The translations under genes and the position numbers were made by a program. Shown piece after piece: positions 1-11,887 of a stretch of DNA of 64,000 nt. Where the stretch lies: assembly GCF_052425735.1 (NCBI RefSeq), contig NC_135764.1:6696001-6760000 (forward strand), in the 5' to 3' direction. Source of the DNA: Oculina patagonica. Taxonomy: Eukaryota. The stretch's first letter is position 1. Each line of letters begins with the position of its first letter. Under the pieces are notes generated by a model. It was not told the origin of the DNA. It worked only from the letters and a program-made list of their open reading frames with translations, and made no database searches.

Positions 1-1172
1 CACAATAAGCTATCGCTTCTACGATTATCTGCGTTGGGCGCCAGTTGTCGACAAACACTTTCTTCTTGACACGCCCCGGAATCTGCGAAAGAAAAAAGAA
101 TTAAAGAAAGTGAAGTTGATGATCAGTTTCAACAGTCATGAGGGTGCTGCCTCTCTTGGATATATGGCGAACTCGTCTTTTGGGATGGCGGCAAGTTTGG
201 ACGATGGAGTGAGTCCGTCATTTTTCAAGGAATTTGTAACAAAGCTTGCCCACGCTCGAAACAGCAGGTGAGTTGCGATTTTGTTGTCAGGTGAACTTAA
301 TCTCGTTCCTTGGGCACTCTTCCTTTCAAACATTTCCCTCCCCTTCCACTTTAAAGCAAAAAGTGCCCTGGAACGAGGTTAAGGTAAATCACATGATGCA
401 ATCGTTTCAACGCCAAACACAGTTAATCTTGTCTATAACAGGGACTTTGGGCTAATTCCAAACACAACAGCGCCAGGCCATTGGTCCTTGTTTTCCTCCT
501 GTAGCTTTTGAAGAAACAATTAACAAAAAATCACTTCGTTTGCCGTTCTTTAGGAAGAAAACCGCCGACATTATCGCGGACGCGTTGCAGTTCATGTACA
601 CCCCATGGCCCGACAACAGTGATAAATACGCACTAAGAAGCCAACTTGTGGACCTTATTGGTGATTATCTGTACTTCGCACCAAGCCATGAGGTCGCCGA
701 TATTCACAGCAGAGTTGCTCCAGTGTACATGTACGAGTTCGCTCAGCGTCCAAAGAACGCCAGCATTGTCGAAGAGTGGATGGGTGTGGTTCATGGGGAA
801 AACGTGGCATATGATTTTGGTATCCCGCTTTGGTTCCCAAGGTATAACGCAGCCGACAAAAACGTCAGTTTGTTTATCATGACAGTGTACACGAACTTCG
901 CCAAGACCGGCGATCCAACACCACAGCCAGTTAGCGGTGTTACGTGGGAGAAGTATAACTCCAGTCACAGAGCCTATCTACGAGTTCACCCCAATCCCAA
1001 AATGGCGGCGACGTTTGCTCCTCGGCGAATGGCTTTCTGGAATGATTACCATCCTAAACTGGAGCAAGTAAATTTTGAAATTAAGAAAGATGTGGTCAGC
1101 GGCACTACCGCTTGTGTTGCGATGGCAATGTTTTATCACATTGCACTTGCTGTCGCTTTGGTGATGTTCTGA
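1..1172 (+). CDS. Carboxylesterase/cholinesterase-like gene copy 1, 5'-partial; exons <1..267 and 554..1172
   Basis: Frame from nt 2 reads TISYRFYDYLRWAP...ISFNSHEG...HARNS; donor AG|GTGAGT at 268, acceptor TTCTTTAG|G at 553; exon 2 has WMGVVHGEN (catalytic His) and a hydrophobic tail. Confidence 0.9.
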
Positions 1173-1180
1173 CGTTTAGT

Positions 1181-1335
1181 ATTTGCACACAGAATGGCTT
1201 TCTGGAATGATTACTATCTCAAACTTACGCAAATGAAATTCGATACGAACAAGGATATAGTCAGCGGAGTTATCGCCGGTCATGCTGCGCTTTGGCAGTT
1301 ATTTTTCAGATTTTATTCTCCAACTCTGCTTTGTA
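1181..1335 (+). pseudogene. Relic 3' end of a divergent carboxylesterase paralog directly after the copy 1 stop
   Basis: Encodes MAFWNDYYLKLTQMKFDTNKDIVSG, homologous to MAFWNDYHPKLEQVNFEIKKDVVSG; a hydrophobic tail (ALAVIFQILF) follows in another frame. Confidence 0.75.
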
Positions 1336-1501
1336 GAGTACACATAACGTGCAAAACGAGGACATATATCTCACGGTATTTGTAGTCGTCTCATTACCCC
1401 CCGACAGTGCGAAAAGTTATAAAATGTGGCAAGTCAGCATTTTAGGGAAATAAATCGTTGGATAATAAATCTCTTATAAGACATTTTACTCTACATTTTT
1501 A

Positions 1502-1622
1502 GGATCAATTTAGGTTTCTGGGAAACTGCTCACCTACCCCTCCCCAAACTTAACATTTTGCCCAAAGAAAGAAGTAAGTGTTAATGTTAGGTTAGGGGTA
1601 GGGAGGGGTAGGTAGGCAGTTT
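1502..1622. mobile_element. Truncated palindromic MITE-like repeat
   Basis: AAACTGCTCACCTACCCCTCCCC / GGGAGGGGTAGGTAGGCAGTTT inverted pair. Confidence 0.6.
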
Positions 1623-1776
1623 GTTATTTGTATTTTTACCCGCCCTTCGGACTCGCCAAAATACTACATGACTCGTAAAAATGTACAGCGATACTACATA
1701 CTAAAATGTCTAATAAGATATATGCACTCGCCAAGATTTCAGCGATGTTCTCATATAGTGAAAACGATCGAGTATT

Positions 1777-2144
1777 AGAAAGAAAGATGTAAATAAATTA
1801 CAGAAGGCTTTCGACACACGTCGAAATGAAAGAAAAATTACATGCCCCGAGCAGGATTCGAACCCGCGTCTCCCTGTTACTATTCAGGCGTGACATCGGG
1901 TCACCACGCTGGATACGTGGCAACTCATAGGTGTGTATTGGATCGAACACGGTCAATCCACAGGGCATTTTCTTCCTATTCTTCCACCAGCGTGGTGATC
2001 CGATGAACAGGGAGACGCGGGTTCGAATCCTGCTCGGGGCATGTAATTTCTTTCATTTCAGAGACGTGTGTCGAAAGCCTTCTGTAATTTATTTACATCT
2101 TTCTTTCTGTTTTTAAGGCTTTCATGGCTTCATAAAATTTCTGT
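1777..2144. mobile_element. Foldback element with tRNA-derived arms
   Basis: Arms 1777-1912 and 1987-2108 are inverted; each has B-box GGTTCGAATCC; 12-bp direct repeat CGATCGAGTATT at 1765-1776 and 2145-2156. Confidence 0.7.
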
Positions 2145-2544
2145 CGATCGAGTATTTTCTTCCTTGATCTTCAATTCACGTGAATCACTGGGGCAAATTA
2201 CTGTAGCAAGTAACTGTGTCTTAACAAGGTATCTTTATTTAAGGTCGCGGGGGATACCTGTGCATGAATAAATTCATTAGGCGAAATTTTGTTTGTCCTG
2301 CATCTTTTAAAAGGCTTATATTTCGGTTGTTATGGGTGCGATTAAGCTCAAATTTTACAGCGACTTAAAGAAATGATGAAAGATTATGACTATTATCTTT
2401 TATTTGGTGGATTGTACTTAACGGCGGTGATATAGCCTCGTAAGTGACAAATTACGAGATACATGATTTGGTGGCAGAGTTTACGGATCGACTATGAGAC
2501 AACACACTGTGATCTTGGCAAAAACAGATCAGTCAATATCTCTA

Positions 2545-2684
2545 GTGTGTCATAACAGAAGCGGATTTTTTAATTTTAGGTTTGCCAGAAAGTTGTGATG
2601 GTTTAAATGCGAAAATTTGAATTTAATGCCTTCTACCTCTTTCTAAAAGCGCTCTTTTAAAATTCCGCTTCTGTTATGACACAC
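2545..2684. mobile_element. Small MITE, TA-flanked
   Basis: TIR GTGTGTCATAACAGAAGCGGA / TCCGCTTCTGTTATGACACAC. Confidence 0.75.
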
Positions 2685-3750
2685 TACAGTATTCCTAGTT
2701 TAACTCTCTGCAGTGGAAGGTCATGAAGTTCTGTATCCGCGCTGAATTCTCTGCCACAAAGTTGTCGGAAAAGTCCAAACTTTGAGATTTCCGAAGGTGT
2801 CCCGACCAAAACACGATTTCCAAAGGAGAGATGTAATTATGGTAATTTTAATAATTATATTCCATGCTTTAATTGTGAGAACAATGCGTTTCAAAAAAGA
2901 CACGATTGTTTATGAATATTATTGTGATTACTTCTCTTACAATCTTTATAAATTCATAAAGCTAAGTGTTGCTGTAAATCGGTTAAAAATCCTTATGAGT
3001 TCTAACACTTTTCTTTGTTTTAGAATTCAAGGAAAAAGGAGAATTTTTAAGATCCATACGTCAATTTTGAGTAAACATTTTGTTCACAATCCGTGCTACA
3101 CGCGAACACATCAAATCACGCGCACGCGCTCATATTTTTTTCCAGTCATAAATATCTCGTAAAGTTGTCGATGTCAGTCGTTGTACTTCGTGCATACGCT
3201 TTAAATAAATGCATAATGATGAGCCTAAGGTGTCCCCCGCGACCTTAAGCCCAGTATAAAAGTCACATCCTGTACAATTTGTCGATTTGCAATATCAGCA
3301 GGACTGTGTGGAGTCAACTGACACCATGAGTAACAAAATACGATTACTGAATGTAATGACCATGTATAATAGCAAAGAGAATCGCACGAAAGGGAATGCA
3401 ACCGCTTAGCAGAAATTTTTAACATCAACCGAAACATAGAGGAAGGGCTGTGTATGACTTATTGTGATAGTGAAATATGAATTGTGAAATTTAAAGGCGG
3501 ATTTTGAAGTTGACCCAAATGTAATTCGTTTAAACTTCTCCAATTTTGCTATACATGCCCGCCCTTCTTGGCTCTCCCTTGTTTTTGTTTTTTGACTTCT
3601 TCTACTGTTTTTTCGTATTAACACAAATAAATGACTAGACAGTATTGTTTCCACATTGAACAATTAGTAGGATATTCAAGAACTCTTGAAGAAAATAATT
3701 ATTTTCCCAAAGAAAAGAAAATGTTCTACTGCACTGGTTTTGAAGAAACA

Positions 3751-3875
3751 CAATCTCGAGCCCAGAGTTCATCTAGTCGGTCAGCGGTATGGGATAAAAG
3801 TGTCTACCGGCGACCCTACCGCTGACCAATCGCTGACGGACCGCGGAGCCGGGAGACACTCTGGGCTCGAGATTG
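3751..3875. mobile_element. MITE with 9-bp TSD
   Basis: TIR CAATCTCGAGCCCAGAGT / ACTCTGGGCTCGAGATTG; TSD GAAGAAACA on both sides; empty homologous sites near 15120 and 20530. Confidence 0.85.
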
Positions 3876-5646
3876 GAAGAAACACTAAGAAGCCTGCGTG
3901 TTTCAGCTAACTAATACTTTAATATTGATATCCTGAATGTTTTTGCAGAATCAAAGCCAAGACTACGAAAATAAAATTAACCGGCAGGTTGTCATACGTT
4001 GTAACGTCTTAATTTTTCTTGTATTTTGATGTTTTGACTAATATGTGTATGTTCTTATCACGGGTGAAGCGGGTGGTGGGGGGGGGGGGGGGGGGGGGCT
4101 TGGATATTTCATTGCTTTGCAAATGTTATCTACATGACAATGCCTTGAGAAAGAACATGCCTCGAAATAGTTTCATTGTGACATACGCTTTAATAGCTTT
4201 AAACCGGGTAGTTAATGTTTAACCACTTCTTTGGCTAACAAGAAAGCAAAACGCTTCTGGACAGATCCAGTAGCGTTTATATTTCCTTTTGTTGTTGTTC
4301 AACAAGAAGTGCGTTTTGTTGAAGCGTGACTTTCAAAATACGATACTCGGCCGTCAGTATTAAAGGTCAAAGGCGCTTTGATCGCCTTTTTAGTCCTTTA
4401 AGGTAGAGTTGTCAGAGTTGTTTTCTTTCTACTACTAAAACTCATAAAATGTAGCGTGTCCCATTCATTTATATCTCGCACTGGTCATTTCTAACTGCCC
4501 GGCAGTTCTATTTTGCTCTGTGGTTTAAGCGAAGATTCCTTGTTGAGTTAAACACATGGAAAACGCTTATAACGCACGTAAGTTTAATCCCTCAAGTGGT
4601 TAGTAATTTAAAACATTTCCTCCGTCCCATTCACCTTCCCCCATGGAGGCAATTTCAAGTGGGTGATGAAAGATGACCAGTTTTAAGCTAATCAACATGC
4701 GTGACCTTCAAAGCCCTACCAACAAAAAAACCTGAAGGTAGATTATGAACCGGGGGGGAACCGGACCCCATTCGGTTAAATATAAACGAAAGAGACAAAT
4801 TATATTTGGCGAGTTCTGTGATATTCAATAAAAAGACATCTTTGCAATTGGCCTGAGTAAACAACTACCAGACCGCGTTGGTCTCGAGAAGTATTGTGTA
4901 TCAGGCCGAGGGCTTATACCAGATGTCACGCTACAAGCTAAGATAACGCAACGTTTGTTGAAAAATTATTCAATACAAAAGTTGTCATCTACTTTTATTA
5001 TCATACATTAATTTTTTGACAAATGTCCTGTTAATTATTTAAGACCCCCTTGGGAAACGTCATCGCTTCTGCATGCATTGCGTGCCATTTTTTTTTATAG
5101 GACACAATAAAATGAAACATGATTTAACAGTACGTGTATGACCACCGTGTACAAATATGACCAAATATTGATCTTACACTTTTGAAAGGATTATCGTCTA
5201 AATTTAGAACCGTTGTAAACAATGTGTATAATGGTTCGTTTGCAACGGATGTTATCACAGATATCGCCACGGGTATTATTACAATTATCGTCACGATAGC
5301 ATCATAATAGTCTATAATACGGGGGCAGTGAAAGTTAAGTTATCATTACCCGGGCATGTCGCGTGTTTGCGTGAGGATCCAAAGTTCTATCATCAGAACC
5401 TTATCTGATAGCAAGTTCTGATAAGTATCATAACCAAATATCGTCACGATAACATAACGCAAATGCCTTGATTGAGTACTAAAACATGTAAAATAACACG
5501 CACTGACAGTTCAATTTGCTGACAACACACATTCCTTGGTCAAGCGATTGATGAACTTGTTTCAGTCATTGTCTTCGTGATCCGAAGTGGAGACGTAAGT
5601 TCAAACAATTTTGTGAGGCTGCAAAAAGAATCACACCGAGGGAAAC

Positions 5647-8150
5647 ATGTTTTCGATGCTGCTGCTAAGGTTGTCCATATTCTGCGCGTTTTTGCTGCTT
5701 GTAACATCCGAGTCAGTAAAAGTGTCAACAAAGTATGGAGACATCGAAGGTCTTGTGGCATCATACCCGAATGCCTCGGCTCCGTTCAAGTCTGTCAACA
5801 AGTTTCTTGGCGTTCCTTTCGCTGCTCCGCCGATTGGAGAGCTCAGACTAAAACCACCACAACCGCCAGTGGCGTGGGAAAACGTGCGGCAAGCGACAAA
5901 GAATGGAAACATTTGTTGGCAAAATGAATATTTTGAATTTTATGTCAAAATGTTTGCTACAAAATTCACGTACAGTGAGGATTGCTTGTATCTCAACGTC
6001 TTCAGCCCGAACGTCAGCTTACGTTTACCCGTGATGGTTTATATTCACGGTGGAGGTTACGAGATCGGTTCAGCAATAACACAACCCAGCGATATGTTGG
6101 CTCTTCAAGGTGTGGTAGTAGTTGTCATCCAGTATCGTCTCGGTCCGCTTGGTTTTTTGACGACCGGAGATTCGGCGTCCCTTGGAAATTTCGGAATGTT
6201 GGATCAGGTTCAAGCTCTACAGTGGGTTAAAGAAAACATTGAATATTTTGGCGGGGACCCCAACAAGGTGACCATATTTGGATTAAGTGCTGGTGGATCA
6301 AGTGTATCCCTGCATCTACTGTCGCCTCTATCGCAGGGCCTCTTTCACCAAGTCATCGCAGAGAGCGGAGTGGATTTGAGTCCATTTGCGATTCAACCAG
6401 TTTCTTTAGGTCTCCGTTTTGCCAAAGAGCTCGCTCAAAAGCTGGATTGTACAACAGGCGATCACAGCGCCATGGTTGCCTGCATACGCGAGAAACGAGA
6501 CACGGACATACAGAAAGCCTCCGAGTCAATCGTCTATCCGTTCTATGATTATCTGCGCTGGGCGCCAGTTGTGGACAAACACTTTCTTCTTGACACTCCC
6601 CGGAATCTGCGAAAGAAAGAAGAATTCAAGAAAGCAAAGTTGATGATCAGTTTCAACAGTCAGGAGGGTGGGCAGGCTCTTGGATGGATGGCGAATCTTT
6701 CTTTCGGGATGGCAGCAAGTGTGGACAATGGAGTAAGTCCGTCATTTTTCAAGGAATTCGTAACAAAGCTTGCACATGGGCGAAACAGTAGGTGAGCTGC
6801 AATTTTTTGTCAGGTGAACCCATCCTCGTTCCCAGGGCGCATTTCCCGCCCCTCCCACTTTGAAGGGAAAAGCTCCCTGCGAACGAGGTTGAGGTAAACC
6901 ACATGATGCAATTCCACTCCAAATTTGGTAAATCAAAGAACAGTTCCAAAATATTTTTGTGATTTAAGTTTTTGGGATCATAAATATATTTGCTTGTTCC
7001 TATTTTGGTAAGATGTGCCCTTGTTGAAGTTGAAGCCAGACCCCTTTATCAATATGAGCATGTTTTGCTATAATAATGGGATATAACTTGAAATTTTCCC
7101 ATTGACATGCTCTGTACCCAAATTTCAAAAAATCCTTCACTTTATCTGGTCTTAAAACAAATCGTATCTTCTTTGGAATATTCTTGCTTCTTAACTTCGT
7201 CTGATCAAGGTTTTGCAAAAAAATCTTGATCGGTTGTAGGTCAACACATTTGTCCTTAATTGTTCGGTCTGAGGCCAGATAATTCCGAATTCGATATTAT
7301 AATGATTTCATCGGGCATTGTTGCGAATTTTTGCGGGCTAAAATGGAGAATTCAGTGGGCTGAGTTGGTGGGTCCGGTAATCAAACTCGGCCAAATTGGT
7401 GGGAGGCGAGCACTCTCGCCACTGCGCCATCCCTGTCCCCTAGATGTGATCTCAAGGTTCTTGTTTTTGAACTGTTGGTAACGGGGTAACAATTAACAGC
7501 AACTCACGTCCCCCCTCCCCCTCCTTTTTAGGAAGAAAACCGCCGACCTCATCGCAGACGCGTTGCAGTTCATGTACACCCCATGGCCTGACAACAGTGA
7601 TAAATACGCACTAAGAAGCCAACTTGTGGACCTCATCGGTGATTATATGTACTTTGCACCAAGCCACGAGGTCGCCAATATTCACAGCAAAGTTGCACCA
7701 GTGTACATGTACGAGTTCGCTCATCGTCCAAAGAACGCCAGCATTTTCGCAGAGTGGATGGGTGTGGTTCATGGCGAGAACGTGCCGTTTGATTTTGGAA
7801 TCCCGCTTTGGTACCCCGGGTATGACGCGGCCGACAAAAACGTCAGTTTGTTTATCATGGAAGCATACGCAAACTTCGCGAAGACCGGCGATCCAACACC
7901 ACAGCCAGTCAGCGGTGTTACGTGGGAGAGGTACAACTCCAGTCACAGATCTTATCTGCGAGTTCACCCCAATCCCAAAATGGCGGCGACGTTTGCTCCT
8001 CGGCGAATGGCTTTCTGGAATGATTACCATCCCAAATTGGAGCAAGTAAGTTTTGAAACCAAGAAAGATGTTGTCAGCGGTACTAGCTCCGGTGTTGCCA
8101 TGGCAATGTTTTATCACATTGCACTTGCTTTTGTTTTGGTGATGTTCTGA
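5647..8150 (+). CDS. Carboxylesterase/cholinesterase-like copy 2; exons 5647..6791 and 7532..8150 (587 aa)
   Basis: Signal peptide; FLGVPFAAPPIGELR, SEDCLYLN, HGGG, QYRLG, GNFGMLDQ, FGLSAG, NSQEG, WMGVVHG; GT-AG phase-2 intron joins NSR|KKTAD in frame. Confidence 0.93.
6821..6891. mobile_element. Short intronic MITE (CAACCTCGTTCCCAG family); orthologous copies at ~299-380, ~27961-28050 and ~41621-41704
   Basis: CATCCTCGTTCC...GAACGAGGTTG flanked by AGGTGAACC/AGGTAAACC; absent at the same intron position in copies 3, 5 and 7. Confidence 0.7.
7384..7440 (-). mobile_element. 5' head fragment of a tRNA-derived SINE in the copy 2 intron
   Basis: Reverse complement reads CAGGGATGGCGCAGTGGCGAGAGTGCTCGCCTCCCACC (A-box-like tRNA 5' arm). 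Confidence 0.55.
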
Positions 8151-11100
8151 AATTTAGTTGTACGACGTCGTTATGGTGCAGTGACTTGCTAAGGCATAAA
8201 TATAACATCCCATAAAACACCCGGAGCAATTAGATTCTTATCAGCGTATATTTTCAATGTCTTATTCCAAAATAAGAGTTATAAGACATTTTTTAACTGA
8301 ATGATGTAACGTTTTTAATTCTATGCTCGAGATGCATGCTTTTGCAATGAATCAGTCAGCTGCAGTTGTTTCAAGTAATGACAGGAGCCCATGAGCTCCT
8401 GGTTTTCCAAATATAAGCATATATGCATAATTCGTTCTTAGGAACTACATAAGAAGCAGAATAGAATTTCTTTAACAGTTAGAAATTTACTGATTAAGCG
8501 GCGATGAAATGAAATGTAACATTGTGGAACATAAGCTAACAGGAAAAGTGGACATTGATATATTGTTATCGTATTGCCCAGGTTTGTATTCATGAGTGCT
8601 TTTTTTACGTTTGCCTCTGTTTTCCATTTATCAGGTCGTTTCTGTTTATGGTTCATTTTATAATCATGTAAGCGATTTTGCAGTTCTTTCTATATAGTTA
8701 GAGACTGCTCATTATACTCTACATAGATACTCTTATTTTAAATTTGAATAAAATGAAGTGTATACCACAACCAAATGTTAATTTATGCCAAAGCTCTATA
8801 AAGTGACCACCCTATAAGAGTACAGTTCTCCTTATGGAGACCCTTATAATATAGACACCTCCCTCATACAGGCAGTCAGAGTCTGGTCCGAAACTAACCA
8901 AAATTCATATAAACTCTTCCTTTGTAATACGGTTACCTCCATAGTACGAACACTCTTTCTACCTCTCGGTGTCCATATCAGACCTCTTAAAGGGGCTATG
9001 TCTAGGTATTTTAGGTAATTTTATTTATTTTCGTTATTTAAGAGTTCTCAACTTCAAATTGGCAGAGCAAAAGTCTTTTATTGGCAAAATCACGGCCACC
9101 TAACAAACAAGAATGGTTTTCAAACATTGTAAATGACTTTTTATACAAATTGAGATAAAAAGTTTACCTGAACGCCATCCGTTTTAATCTTCGCGAATTT
9201 TGCCCATCCATGCCCCTTCTTGGCCATTCTGTGTTTCTTTTGAGTTGTTCTACAGTTTTAAGCCGTTATTGTGAAATCTCACGGTAAACAGAGTCACAAG
9301 TCACTTGATAAGTACCTGGTTTTAGATATTTTTGTCAGTCAGTCGATCATTCTCCCGGTTTTTACTGAAATCTACAGGTTATTTCACTTCAATCTCCAGA
9401 TTTCAAGTGCTTTGAGGTTGAGAGATCAGCCATATTAAAGGGACTGTGTCACGGATGTTAGCCAAATTTAGGCATGGGAAATGACCATAAATTCGAAGAA
9501 ATATAAAAAATAACCTCTTAAAAAAGTGAAGAAACATTTTAGTGACACAGCAAATACAAAAGAAGGAAGGATGGGCAAAAGTGACGAAGATTGAAACGAA
9601 TTGCGCTATGGGTTTTTGAAATGTTGTTGGGCTGAACAGTTTTCAAAGTTAATCTCGTTTGCTTGTAACTTTAAATTTTAACGCCCGGGAGACACATTTC
9701 ACTGCAACGAAGCTATGGTGTTGCCATTTAGATTCATGGAAGAAATTTCTTTGCAAACATCAAGTTTCATAACGAGTATTTGGCAAAACATAATGAAATA
9801 CCGGCGTAAAGAGGTTCGACGACTTTACTTGACAAAATATTAGGAAGTACGTTTTATAGTTTAAAGATGAATTCCAGTCCGCACTGCGCAATCTCGGCTG
9901 CAATGTTTATGTGAGCCTCACACGAAGGAATGTTTACAAGCAAAACTGAAAATTCCGTGACAAACTTTACCTTTTTCTTCATTATTAGCACCAGATATCA
10001 TTGCAGAACAAATAAGTGGCGATGTCCTTTAAAGCGGACCATCGCATTTCGGGTCGGAAGGACGTTTTCCTTCAAACTTTGTCCAGTGAACTATCTTGGT
10101 TTATAAGTAAATGTAACGGCATTAGTTTTTTGAAATACGTTAAAATGTTTTTTTCAGAGCCTATAACAGCCAAGGCGACTAAAAGGCTAAATTTTGATGG
10201 TCGCTACAACGAAAAACTGCACAAGTTGACGAGCTCGGCACACAAAAACCACCGACCGCAACAGAAAACTATTATAATCCCATGAAAGGTGGTCCTTAAA
10301 GGCTTGTGAAATCATGTTTGTTTTAATACTTTTTTAAATTTTCAGGTTTGGAAAAATTTATGTCTCAACATCCGTCAGATCGCTTTTTATAAACATGCCA
10401 ATGTACCCTGACTTTGCTGGCCTTTAATTTCCAAGTCCAGACCAGACCATTCTAAATTCCACCTGAATTCTACTAAATGGATGCCAGGGAGCACAGTAAT
10501 CTAAAAATACCTTGCACTTCTTACCTTCTTTCGTCACAGCGACTTCTAACTTTTCGTGTTTTAAGCGAATTTTTCACACACATTATGCAAATGAGGTTGT
10601 AACCCAACTACGATTGTTTTCAACAAAAACGGTTAAATTGTAAAATTTCGACAATGTAGGTGGAAAATACAAGGAGTTTTATAGAAAGAAAACTTGCAAA
10701 TGATATGAGTGGTTAAAATTGACGAATTAAGTTGTCTTGAACTTTGCATGCTTTTAAGACAAATGTCACAATTGATTTGCAAAATGTGTTGTCTGCTGAA
10801 CTTTGACCGATGTTTTCAAACAAACCGTTCTCACTTTTTGAAACTCGCTGTTTTTCATTTAAAAAGGGAAGAACAAATAAGTTCTTACTAAATCTGAAAG
10901 CGTTCAAGGTGTAATATTTGAAAATTCCTTCAGTTTTAACTGGTCTAACAAGTTGGAGTGATGTAACTCTTGAAATAAACAATTTGTGACCTTGTATTTC
11001 AGTTGACATGTTTTGTTGCCACTTTATAAAGTTGCAGTTTTAGTTAGTTAATCTGCTGTTCAAAGTCACTTTCATAAACTTGTTTTGCATAAAGCAGCAA

Positions 11101-11478
11101 TCATTTTTCCTAGCCAGAATTCCCGCGGTCTTTATGATCACTTTCTTCCTTAAGCTTCCTTAGCGCTTTACAACTTTATTTGCGTGACTTTTCGTGTTTC
11201 ATGCAAACAAGATTTTCGTCGGCAAAACCCGACGGTTCGTACCGTCAAAATTCTATTGCCACAATTCACGTTACCAGCTGTAAGGATGTCCAAAGACATT
11301 TGAAATTGTCATTCTGTAACTAGTTTTATTCATAGTTTAGTGTATAGTGTTGTATAATGGCACGAATTTTTAAATAAATGTTAGAGACAGTTCTCGGGTA
11401 AGTATTGTCACTGTGATAATGTAATTAGTTTGAGCCAAAGTTTTGTAATTGGCTCCAAAAATAAAATTTCAAAACAAG

Positions 11479-11867
11479 ATGTCGTGCTTTTTGTCGCAAA
11501 CGGGAAAGTGTGGCGATTCACGAGGCGTTTCAGGTCTTTTCTGCTTGCTTCAGTGCGATGAATCGATAGACAGCCACCTCGCTATTATACATTTATCGCG
11601 AGAGGACATCACAGAATGGCAAATTATCTTGGCCAGAGCTGGCTTTTTTCGATTTAGAGGAGTCGGTTGTCGCAAAAATGACCGTGTGCGCCAAGCATAG
11701 GCACACATTTGGAAAGTTCTGGCGCCCAATAACAGCTTGCCTATATCCAGCGCACCAAGGACGTCCACGAAGAAACCAGTAGGGGCCAAAGAGCCGATAT
11801 TCCGTAAATCTGGAAATGTCAAAGGCTATTCAGAAGATGTACGGTGTTTTCGTTCAAGTTGGATCCG
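11479..11867 (+). pseudogene. Decayed Cys/His-rich coding exon inside the long-TIR element (probable transposon protein N-terminus)
   Basis: MSCFLSQTGKCG...IILARAGFF, frameshift, ...MTVCAKHRHTFGKFWRPITACLYPAH..., in-frame stop, ...MSKAIQKMYGVFVQVGS, then a possible GT donor. Confidence 0.5.
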
Positions 11868-11887
11868 GTGCGTAGAGAGTTACCATA

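Noticed and set aside
1838-2042. Possible functional tRNA genes
   Set aside because: Only the T-arm/B-box and a degenerate anticodon arm are present; no proper acceptor or D stem; part of a repeat
4078-4098. Poly-G tracts (also 11914-11935)
   Set aside because: Low-complexity tracts, the second inside a repeat; no further supportable function
5540-6643. Recurrent alternative-frame and antisense ORFs overlapping each esterase gene (e.g. MFPCFVACRT..., MWTSSVII...)
   Set aside because: Shadows of the duplicated coding sequence; recurrence reflects paralogy and they have no independent motifs
6792-6795. In-frame stop immediately after the exon 1 donor in every copy (382-aa ORFs)
   Set aside because: Automatic consequence of a GTRAG donor in a phase-2 intron; not evidence for a short isoform or for separate two-ORF genes
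5647-8150. Assigning the symbol ACHE, BCHE or NLGN
   Set aside because: Lacks the choline-binding Trp and third disulfide of cholinesterases and keeps the catalytic Ser absent in neuroligins; orthology needs a phylogeny
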